Assembly: GCA_028826165.1 (NCBI GenBank)
Contig: JAPDFW010000060.1
Location: forward strand, 62,001-126,000
Origin: Anaeramoeba ignava BMAN
Taxonomy: Eukaryota; Protista; Anaeramoebae
Direction: 5' to 3'
DNA: 64,000 nt
Shown: in pieces, positions 1 through 10,394 of the stretch
Position numbering within the stretch: the stretch's first letter is position 1
How the letters are laid out: each line of letters starts with the position of its first letter
Made by a program: the position numbers and the translations under genes
Notes under the pieces: model-generated
What the model was told of the DNA's origin: nothing
Databases searched by the model: none
Seen by the model: the letters and a program-made list of their open reading frames with translations, nothing else

Positions 1-58
1 AATTACATGAAATCAAATCTAAAAAAAAATTTATTTTTAATTCAAATAAAAAAATTAG

Positions 59-808
59 TCTTCAAATTGTGATGTGAAAATAACATCTCAAGAATGTAAA
101 AATTTTGCAAATTTAGAAACAGATGATATGTATGAAAAATATGATCCTGGAGATGCAACTTGTTGGTATAGTAAAAAATATAATGAATATGCAACAGTTC
201 ATTTTCCATTACCCAATTTTTTATGGTCATTATTTTTTTGGATTCCACTTTTTTTTACTTGCATTCCAGTATTTTTGTGGTTTAGATCTAAAACCAAAGG
301 TAGTTGTGATTGTTTTAAGAGTTGTGATGATGTTTGTTGTAATTGTAGATGTAATTGCAATTCAAGAAGAAGTGTAAGAAATCCACCAATTCCAAACAAC
401 CGACCAATGGAAATTAGTGGACCAACTCAAATAACTCATAATGTATCAATTCCTGAACCAGTTGGAGAACGTGATGATATGTCAGACTCAAGTGATACAG
501 TTGAACCACCACCACCAAAATTAACAGGAAATGAAGATTTTGAAACAATGGTCCAAATTTATGGAAATCGAAATCAAACTGGAAATCAAACTGGAAATCA
601 AACTGGAAATGATTATAATTATAATTATGAACCAACTGGAAATGATGAAATTCCAATGGAAGTTATTCAAATGCAAATGAATGAATATAATTCACCTTAT
701 AATCAATATTATAATCAACAAGAACCTCAAACAAATGATCAAATGAATGCTGGTCCTTTATATAATCCTTATAATCAAGATTCAAATCAAGGAAACAAAG
801 AATTTTAA
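59..808 (+). CDS. Two-TM Cys-rich-loop membrane protein, copy A (last exon only; 5' part lies outside the window)
   Basis: Acceptor ttag|tct at 58/59. Near-identical to the last exon of copy B (CWYSKKYNEYATVHFP, TM, Cys-rich stretch, N/Q tail ending NKEF). Confidence 0.85.
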   Translation, partial: SSNCDVKITSQECKNFANLETDDMYEKYDPGDATCWYSKKYNEYATVHFPLPNFLWSLFFWIPLFFTCIPVFLWFRSKTKGSCDCFKSCDDVCCNCRCNCNSRRSVRNPPIPNNRPMEISGPTQITHNVSIPEPVGERDDMSDSSDTVEPPPPKLTGNEDFETMVQIYGNRNQTGNQTGNQTGNDYNYNYEPTGNDEIPMEVIQMQMNEYNSPYNQYYNQQEPQTNDQMNAGPLYNPYNQDSNQGNKEF

Positions 809-1037
809 ATAATTTAAAAACAAAAACAAGAAAAGAAAAATTTTCTTTTTCAATTTTCCATTTTAAATTTATTTCCAAATTATTTTCCAATTCCAATTTA
901 TTTTTAATTTTGAAAAAAAAAAGAGAGAAGAAAACCAACAAAAAAATAATTTTTTTTGATCAAATTTTCATTTCATTTTTTTATTCTTATTTTTATTCTT
1001 TTTTTGTTTTATTTTTTGAATAGGCAAAAAAGTCAAA

Positions 1038-2532
1038 ATGGTTTCGCCACATTTTTGTATGAATTCTTTTCGTATTGCTTTTTGTTGTTTTTTTTTACCT
1101 GCATTTATATGGTTAATAATTGATGTTGTAACTCGTTCAAAATTTGAAAAAGTTGATTGTGAAATAACTGATAAATATTATGTTGAATATCTTGTTGAAG
1201 GAATAACAGATACTTATGTTCCTTCTTATACAACTCCTCAATATAGATTACCAAATCCTCTTGATCTTTCTCCAAAAAATGTTACTCCTTTTCATTCTTT
1301 TTCACCTCATTCTGTTTCTTTGGAAAATCTTTTTGGTGCAAATTGTTTTCCAAGACCTACTATTAACTATATTTCTTTTTTTCAAGTAACATTCTTTTTT
1401 CAATTTAAAATCCAAATTCAAAATCAAAATCAAAATTAAAATCAAAATTAAAATTAAAATTAAAATCAAAAAATATAGTTAAATTACACAACAAAGGATG
1501 GAACAAAATATAGTGAATATGCTTGTAATTTTGGAAGACGTTGTAAGTGTTTTTATATATTATTTTATAAATAAATCCAAAAAAAATGGAATAAAAATAA
1601 ATTTGGAAAATAAATCAAAAAATAAAAATAAAATAGGTTTTACAAGAAGAGGAACTAGTTGCAAAGTAAATTTCCAAAAATAAATAAATAAATTCAATTT
1701 AATTACATGAAATCAAATCTAAAAAAAAATTTATTTTTAATTCAAATAAAATTAGTCTTCAAGTTGTGATAAAAAAATAACATCTCAAGAATGTAAAAAT
1801 TTTGCAAATTTAGAAACAGATGATATGTATGAAAAATATGATCTTGGAGATGCAACTTGTTGGTATAGTAAAAAATATAATGAATATGCAACAGTTCATT
1901 TTCCATTACCCAATTTTTTATGGTCATTATTTTTTTGGGTTCCACTTTTTTTTACTTGCATTCCAGTATTTTTGTGGCTTAGATCCGAAAAAAAAGGTAG
2001 TTGTGATTGTTTTAAGAGTTATGATGATGTTTGTTGTAATTGCAATTCAAGAAGAAGAGGTGTAAGAAATCCACCAATTCCAAACAATCAACCAATGGAA
2101 ATTAGTGGACCAACTCAAGACACTCATAAAATGTCAGTTCCTGAACCAGTTGGAGAATTAGATGGAAAACCAGATGAAATTAAAGTATTTGATAAACCAC
2201 CACCAAAATTAACAGGAAATGAAGATTTTGAAAAAATGGTTCAAATTTATGAAGATCAAAATCAAACAGGAAATCAAACAGGAAATCAAACAGGAAATCA
2301 AACAGGAAATCAAACAGGAAATCAAACAGGAAACAATGATGATATTTATAATGAACCAACTGGAAATGATGAAATTCCAATGGAAGTTATTCAAATGCAA
2401 ATGAATGAATATAATTCATCTTATAATCAATATTATAATCAACAAGAACCTCAAACAAATGATCAAACGAATACTGGTCCTTTATATAATCCTTATAATC
2501 AAGATTCAAATCAAGGAAACAAAGAATTTTAA
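1038..2532 (+). CDS. Two-TM Cys-rich-loop membrane protein, copy B; exons 1038-1385, 1479-1542, 1637-1665, 1756-2532
   Basis: Three GT-AG introns splice in frame. N-terminal TM, loop with conserved Cys (DCEI, CNFG, CWY), second TM, low-complexity tail with GNQT repeats. Confidence 0.85.
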
Positions 2533-2801
2533 AAACAAGAAAACAAACAAAAAAGAAAAGGAAAGAAAAAAGGATTTTCCAAAATTTTTCCTTCTTTTAA
2601 TTATTAATTATTGATTATTGATTATTGATTTTTGATTTTTGATTTTTAATTATTGATTTTTGATTATTTAATTTTTATTTTTTTTGACAGAATTCACTTA
2701 TTCAATCCAAAAAAAAACAAAAAATTTTTTTTCATTTTTTCTTTCACTCTTATTTTCTTTTATTTTTACTCAAAATTAAAAATCAATTAAAAAAAAAATC
2801 A

Positions 2802-4458
2802 ATGAAAAGAAAAGTTTGCAGAATTATTTGCTGTTTGAATTTTTGTTTTTTTTTTCTTCCAGCAATTATATGGCTTGGAATTGATCAATCAGTAAGAACT
2901 TCACTTGTTAAAACTGATTGTGAAATTATTGATAAATATTATATTGAGTATTCATATAAATTTCCAGAATCTTTACCCATTGTTTCTCCTGATACAACTC
3001 CTCAATATAGAGCAACTCGACCAACTCAATTAACTCAACAAACTCAACAAACTTCTTTAGAAAATTTATTTGCAAGTTCTTGCTATACTCATGCAACTAC
3101 TAATTATGTTCCTTTCTTTCGTGTAATTTTTATTCTTTTGTTTTGTTTTGTTTTGTTTATTTCTTTCTTTTCTTTTCTTTTCTTAGTTAGTTTATAATGC
3201 AGATGGAACTTCTTATAATGAAACTTCTTGTAATTTTGGAAAAGTTTGTAAGTTGATTTTGATTTTGGATTTTAATTTTGAATTTAATTTTAATTTTGAT
3301 TTTAATTTTGGATTTTGATTTTCAATTTGATTTGGATTTTAAATTTGATTTTAATTTTGATTTTAATTTTGATTTTAATTTTAATTTTGATTTTTAATTT
3401 TAATTTTGATTTTAATTTTAATTTTTATTTTGGTTTTGATTTTAATTTTGATTTTAATTTTGATTTTAATTTTGGATTTTAATTTTGGTTTTAATTTAAT
3501 TTTGATTTTGATTTTGATTTTGATATTAATTTTGATTTAAATTTTAATTTTAATTTGAATATTTAGGTTGGACAAGAAAAGGTTCAAGTTGTTCAGTAAA
3601 TTCCTTTAAATAAATAAATAAAAAATAATTTATATTTGAAAAAATAATCAAAATAGGTAAGTAATTGTGACACATCAATTTCAACAAGTTCATGCAAAAA
3701 TTTTGCGAATTTAAAAAAATCAAGTATATATGAAAAATATGATATTGGTTCAGCAGATTGTTGGTATAGTAAGAAGCAAAATGATTATGCAACAGTCCAT
3801 TATCCAATGCCAAATTATGCATGGTGTTTATTTTTCTGGATCCCATTCATTATTTTGAGTATTCCCGTTTGCGTTTATATGAAACAAAATGAAATCTTTC
3901 CTTGTAGAAAATGTTGTTCAAAAATCAGGAAATGGATATCAAAGAGAAAATTTCTTTTTGGATAATAATAATAATAATAATTATAATCAATTACAAAATC
4001 AAAGAAATGAAGATTATCATTTGAATCAAAAACAAAACAATCCAAATCTAAATGAGAGATTACTTGATAACGAAACAATTGTTGATCCACCTCCTCCAAA
4101 ACCAACAGCAAATGATGATTTAAAATCAATAATGGAACTTTATCGAAACAATCATGAAACAAACCAAAAGCATAAAGATCCAAATCAAAATCAAAATCAA
4201 AATCAAAATCAAAATCAAAATTCAAGTGGAAATCAAAAATTTCAACGTTATCAAAATTTATTCCAAAATGATGGTTATAATTATTATAAATATCAAAATG
4301 ATTTTGCAAATCAAACCAATGAAATGCAAATGAATGTATTTCAACCTCAAAATTCTCAACTTAATCCATTTCCACCTTTTACTCAAACAAATCAAGCAGG
4401 ACCAATATATAATCCAAATACAGAAAATTATAATATTCAAGAAAACAAAGAATTTTGA
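2802..4458 (+). CDS. Two-TM Cys-rich-loop membrane protein, copy C; exons 2802-3122, 3187-3247, 3567-3595, 3657-4458, with a +1 frameshift at the A5 run 3920-3924
   Basis: Same intron positions and phases as copy B. The tail (PPPPKPTAN...NKEF) is in a shifted frame relative to the second TM. Confidence 0.75.
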
Positions 4459-4498
4459 TTTTGATTTTTATTTTTATTTTCAATTATTTTCAAAAAAA

Positions 4499-5839
4499 TC
4501 ACACTTTTTCATTCAAAATCAAATAATTCTCTTTTTCTTTTTCCTTTTCTTTTTGTCTCATTTCAATTAATTTTTTGATATTTTCCTTTTCAATTTGAAG
4601 AGCAAAAGTTTCTAATTGAATTTTTCCCATTTTTTGATTAAATTTTTGGATTCTTTGCCAAGAATTATAAATATATAAATTCTTTTCTTTAAAATTACTT
4701 TTAACTTGATCTTGAAGGTTTTGATTAGAATTTGAATTGGAAAACTCAACAATTTTATCAACATTTTCTTTTTCAAAATTTTCAATTTGATTTTCAATTT
4801 GAATTTCATTTTCAATTAAATTATCATCTTCATTTTCAAGTTCAAAACATAATTTCCATAATTTTTCAATATTTTTTCCTTTTTCTAAAAGATTTCGAAG
4901 AAATTCAAGTGATTGGTTACTTTTTGAAACAAATCTTGATAATCGAGAAAATTGATCTTCTCGAAATTGTTCCATTTTTTTTTTTTCTTCAAGAAATTTT
5001 TCAATTAAAAATTCTTTTTCTTTTTTTAATAAAGAATTCTTTTCACAAAATTCCATTTTAATATTTTTCAATTTCCTTTTATTCTCTTCAATTTGTTGAT
5101 TTAAATCTTGGATTAATTGTTGATTTTGTTGAGAAATTTGAGAATTTTTTTGATCTAAAAATTTTTTTTTTTCGAAATTTTCTTTCTTTTTTTGAGTTGA
5201 GTTTTGAAACTTATTTTGAATTTGTTGTTTTTTATTTTTTAAATATTCAATTTTGGGACGTTTTGAAATATTGATTAAATTTTCCAATTCTTGTTGATTT
5301 TCAAAAGTTGATTCTTTTTGATTTAGATTTTGTTTTTGGATTTTTTTTTGAATTTCTTTTTTTTGTGTTTGAATTTCTTCAATTTTTTTATTAATTTTTT
5401 TTTCTAATTCTTCATTTTCTTTTGCAAAATTATTATTTAAGATGAGAAATTCATTTGCAATTTGATTTAATTCTTGATTTAATTTTTGAGTTTTTGTTCC
5501 ACTTTTTTTTATGATTTGATTTAAAAAATTTTCTTGTTTTTTCTCATTTAATTTAATTAATATTTTGCATTGATTTAGAATTTTTTCATTTATTTCAAAA
5601 TGATTTTGTTTTTCAAGTTGATTTTGGATTTTCAATTTATTTTCTTTTTCGAATTGATTTTGTTCTTCTTTTTTGATTTTTGGAAGAAAATTTTCGATTT
5701 TCTTTTTTTCTTTTTTTTCTAAATTCTTTTTAACAAATTAAAATTAAAAATTGAAATAAAAATTGAAACAAAAATTGAAATTAGATTTTCTTACTTTTAA
5801 TCTTTGTAAATTTATTATATTTTTTTGATTATTTGACAT
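4499..5839 (-). CDS. Coiled-coil protein resembling dynein regulatory complex subunit 2 (DRC2/CCDC65), shortened and divergent
   Basis: SNQSLEFLRNLLEKGKNIEKLWKLCFELENE and KFNQKMGKIQLETFAL recall the CCDC65 C-terminal half. Putative exon 1 is 5795-5839 with a GTAAG donor, but its junction is off by 1 nt in an A-run. Confidence 0.55.
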
Positions 5840-5877
5840 TAATTTTATGTTTTGAAAAATGAAAAATTCAATTCAAA

Positions 5878-6665
5878 AAAAAAAGTGGAATTGATTTATT
5901 TTTGACTTTGATTTTAATAAATAAATAAATAAAAAGTGGAATTAATTTAATTTTTATTTTAGATTTTGATTTTAATAAATAAAATAAAAAGTGGAATTAA
6001 TTTATTTTTATTTTAGATTTTGATTTAAATAAATAAATAAAAAGTGGAATTAATTTAATTTTAATTTTGATTTAAAAAAATAAATAAATAAAAAGTGGAA
6101 TTAATTTATTTTTATTTTAGATTTTGATTTAAAAAAATAAATAAATAAAAAGTGGAATTAATTTATTTTTATTTTTGACTTTGATTTTAATAAATAAATA
6201 AAAGTGGAATTGATTTATTTTTATTTTAGAATTTGATTTAAATAAATAAAATAAATAGTGGAATTTATTTATTTTGGATTTTGATTTTAATAAATAAATA
6301 AATAAAAAGTGGAATTAATTTATTTTTATTTTTAGAATTTGATTTTAATAAATAAATAAAAAGTGGAATTAATTTATTTTGGATTTTGATTTTAATAAAT
6401 AAATAAATAAAAAGTGGAATTAATTTATTTTTGACTTTGATTTAAATAAATAAATAAAAAGTGGAATTAATTTAATTTTAATTTAATTTTAGATTTTAAT
6501 AAATAAATAAAAAGTGGAATTGATTTATTTTTATTTTAGATTTTGATTTTAATAAATAAATAAAATAAATAGTGGAATTAATTTATTTTGGATTTTGATT
6601 TTAATAAATAAATAAATAAATAAAAAGTGGAATTAATTTATTTTTATTTTAGAATTTGATTTTAA
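5878..6665. repeat. Minisatellite, 15 units of ~47-58 bp with core AAAAGTGGAATTAATTT
   Basis: GTGGAA at ~5885, 5936, 5991, 6044, 6095, 6152, 6204, 6258, 6309, 6363, 6414, 6461, 6514, 6572 and 6627. Confidence 0.95.
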
Positions 6666-6731
6666 AAAATAAAAATCATTTTTCATTTTTTTCATTTTTT
6701 TATTTTTTTATTTAAAATAAATTCGTTAGAA

Positions 6732-9634
6732 ATGGAAAACGAAATGGAAAACGAAATGGAAAACGAAAATAACGAAATGGAAAACGAAATGGAAAAGGAA
6801 GAAAATAATGAAGTTGAACCAATTCAACCACTTTATTATGTAATTGCAACTGCAAATTTTGAAAAACAAGAAGAAGAAGAAATGAGTTTTAAAAAAGATG
6901 ATTTAATAACAATCGTTTGTGATAAATATAATTGGTGGGTTGGCTTTATTGACCCAGAAAACCCAGGATTTATTCCAAAAAAGTAAAAAAAAAACTATTC
7001 TATAAGAAAAATTACGAATTATTTCCTCAATTAAATTTTTAATTATAAATATAAATATAAATCTAAATATAAATATAAATATAAATATAAATATAAATAT
7101 AAATATAAATATAAATATAAATATATAAATATAAATATAAAAATAAATATAAATATAAATATAAATATAAATATAAATATAAATATAAATATAAAATATA
7201 AATATAAATATTAAAATATAATTATAAATATATAAATATAAATATAAATATAAATATAAATATAAATATAAATATAAATATAATTATAAATATAAATATA
7301 AATATAAAAAAAATATAAATATAAATATAAATATAAATATAAATATAAATATAAATATAAATATAAATATAAATATAAATATAAATATAAAATAATTATA
7401 AATATAAATATAAATATAAATATAAAAATAAATATAATTATAAATATAAATATAAAATATAAATATAAAATATAAATATAAACATAAAATATAATTATAA
7501 ATATAAATATAAATAAATAAAAATATAAATGTAAATATAAATATAAATATAAATATAAATAAAAATATAAATATAAATATAAATATAATTATAATTATAA
7601 ATATAAATATAAATATAAATATAAATATAAATATAAATATAAATATAAATATAAATGTAAATATAAATATAAATATAAATATAAATATAAATATAAATTT
7701 AAATATAAATGTAAATGTAAATATAAATGAAGTTATGTGAAAATTTATGAAGAAAGTACTATTTCAGAATCAAATTCTAATGCAGAAGAAGTAAATAATA
7801 ATAATCAAGAATCTGATGAATTTGAAGACCTTGATTTACAACAACCTGATAAAAACTCAAAATATTCTGATCAAATGGAAGAAGTTTTAAATGAAGATGA
7901 ATTTGTTGATGTTTTTCATCAAAATCTAAATCAAGAAAAGAAAATGAATGAAATCAAAATTGTAAAGGCAAAAGAAGAGGAAGTTGCTGAAAAATTTAAA
8001 AATTCCCAATATTATTTAGATGTAAATTATTGAAAAGCAAAGAAAAAAGCAAAAATTTTTTTATAATTTTCTTCAATTTTTTTCAATTTTTTTCAATTTA
8101 AATTATAAAGGATAATTTTATATGGAAAAAAAATAAAAATTCAGAAAATCGAACATTCGAAATTGTAAAAGTAGAAAAGAGAAGGAAATCTTTTAGATTA
8201 AAACAATCAGGAGCTTATAAAATTATAACAAATGTAAAATTGAAAAATTCAATTTTAAAAATTTAAATAAAATTTAAATTGAAAAATTCAAATCAAATTT
8301 ATAAAAAAAAAGCCAGGAAAATACCAAATAACTCACTCTTTACAAGATTTTATTAAATTATCAGAAAAGTTTCAAAAAGAATTTCAAAGCATTTTAATTC
8401 CTCAAATTTCTAAATCTAAAAATGAAAGTAATTGAAATTAATTCAAATTCAAATTAAAATTAAAATTAAAATTAAAATTAAAATTAAAATTAAAATTCAA
8501 TTTAAAATTAAAATTCAATTTAAAATTAAAATTAAAATTAAAATTAAAATTAAAATTAAAATTAAAATTAAAATTAAAATTAAAATTAAAATTAAAATTA
8601 AAATTAAAATTAAAATTAAAATTAAAATTAAAATTAAAATTAAAATTAAAATTAAAATTAAAATTAAAATTAAAATCAAAATCAAAATTAAAATTAAAAT
8701 TTAAAGTTTCATCAATTGAACAAGAGCTTAAAACATTTCTAGTGGAAATAAATAGTCATCCAATTCTTTGTCAATCTCATACCTTTTTAAATTTTCTTGG
8801 AATTTCTCAAGCAATAATTGAAAATCCAAAATTTGAATTTGAAAGGAAATTAACATCTTATTTTGAAGAAATTGGAATTGATCATCAAAAAAAATTACAT
8901 GATTTTAATTATTATGTTCATAAATTAGAATCTGAATTTAAAAGTTTAAAAGATAGCATGATTAAACTTACAAAACAAAATCAAGGTTTAAATCAAAATT
9001 AAAAAATTTAAATTAAAAATTCAAATATTGAAACATTTTTTTCTAAAATATAGAATTGGGTGATAGTTTTGTAGAAGCTGGAGAAATTTTTAACGAATTA
9101 GGGAAAATTAAATTTGATTGGGATTCTCCAAAAGAAAATCAAGAAATACGAGGAAAAAGACAAAGTAATATTGGATCTACACTTGTTGCATTTTCATTTA
9201 CACTAAATCAAATATCAAAACTTATAAAAGACGAAGTGATTTCAAGTGCAGAACCTTTAATCACTTTTCTTTCTAGATATTTAACTTTACTTTCTTCATT
9301 TTCACAAGTTATTAAAAGAAAAGAAAATTTAAAATCAAAATGTGATTCAAGTTTGAATAATTTAAGCAAAATGGAAAAGAATCCAAATCAACAACCTCAA
9401 AAAATTGCAATAGAAAAAAAGAAGCATCAAGATTTAACTCTTATTTATAAGAATTTTCAACTTGCTGTTCTTGGAGAAATGAAAAATTTCCAATCAAATA
9501 TTTCTTCAGATCTTCGAAATTCAAGTCGTGAATTTGTTACAAATCAAATTAAATTTCATAAAAAAATGGGAGAATTATGGGAATATATTTTATCTTTTCT
9601 TGACGAAACTGAAAAAGAAAAAAAAAGGAAATGA
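6732..9634 (+). CDS. SH3-PX-BAR sorting nexin (SNX9/18/33-like architecture), ~6 exons
   Basis: SH3 (ATANFEKQEEEEMSFKKDD...WWVG...GFIPKNYV, spliced across the ~6983-7732 intron). PX-like segment (IPQI...HPILCQSHTFLNFL) followed by a helical BAR-like C-terminus. Confidence 0.8.
7045..7725. repeat. (TAAATA)n microsatellite filling SNX intron 1
   Basis: Directly visible hexamer run of ~680 bp. Confidence 0.95.
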
Positions 9635-9659
9635 ATTCAAAATCATAAATTTAAATTTT

Positions 9660-10190
9660 AATTATAAATCTAAATCTAAATCTAAATCTAAATCTAAATC
9701 TAAATCTAAATCATAAATATAATTCTAATTTTAATTTTAATTTTAATTTTAATTCTAATTCTAATTTTAATTTTAAATATAAATATAAATATAAATATAA
9801 ATCTAAATCTAATTTTAAATCTAAATCTAATTCTAAATCTAATTCTAATTATAAATATAAATCTAAATCTAAATATAAATATAAATATAAATCTAATTTT
9901 AATTCTAATTCTAATTATAAATCTAAATATAAATCTAAATCTAAATATAAATCTAAATCTAAATATAAATCTAAATCTAAATCTAATTTTAAATCTAAAT
10001 ATAATTTTAAATCTAATTCTAATTCTAATTCTAATTCTAATTCTAAATCTAAATATAATTTTAAATCTAATTCTAATTCTAATTCTAAATCTAAATCTAA
10101 ATCTAATTATAATTTTAATTATAATTCTAAATATAATTCTAATTATAAATCTAATTCTAATTCTAATTTTAATTTTAATTTTAAATATAA
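9660..10190. repeat. Compound hexamer microsatellite (TCTAAA/TCTAAT/TATAAA/TTTAAT)
   Basis: Directly visible in the intergenic region. Confidence 0.9.
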
Positions 10191-10394
10191 ATGAAAATTG
10201 GAAAATAATTTCCTTTTATTTTTTATTTTCAGATTAAGAACAAAATAGGGAAAAAAATTTATAACAACTCATCATGAGTTTTAATAAAAAAATTTTTAAT
10301 CATTTACTTTTCCAAAATTTTTTTTTTTCATTTTTTTTTTTTATTTTTATTTTTGTTTAATTAGTTAAAATAAGATTTATTTTGATTGCTTTAA

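Noticed and set aside
5878-6665. CRISPR array
   Set aside because: The whole unit is repeated with minor variation, so it is a minisatellite.
8432-8704. ORFs of (KI)n, (IL)n, (FD)n and (KL)n type (also 26588, 41667, 48172-49742, 55131, 61733-62463, 63252)
   Set aside because: They are translations of hexamer microsatellites in introns, spacers or the antisense strand.
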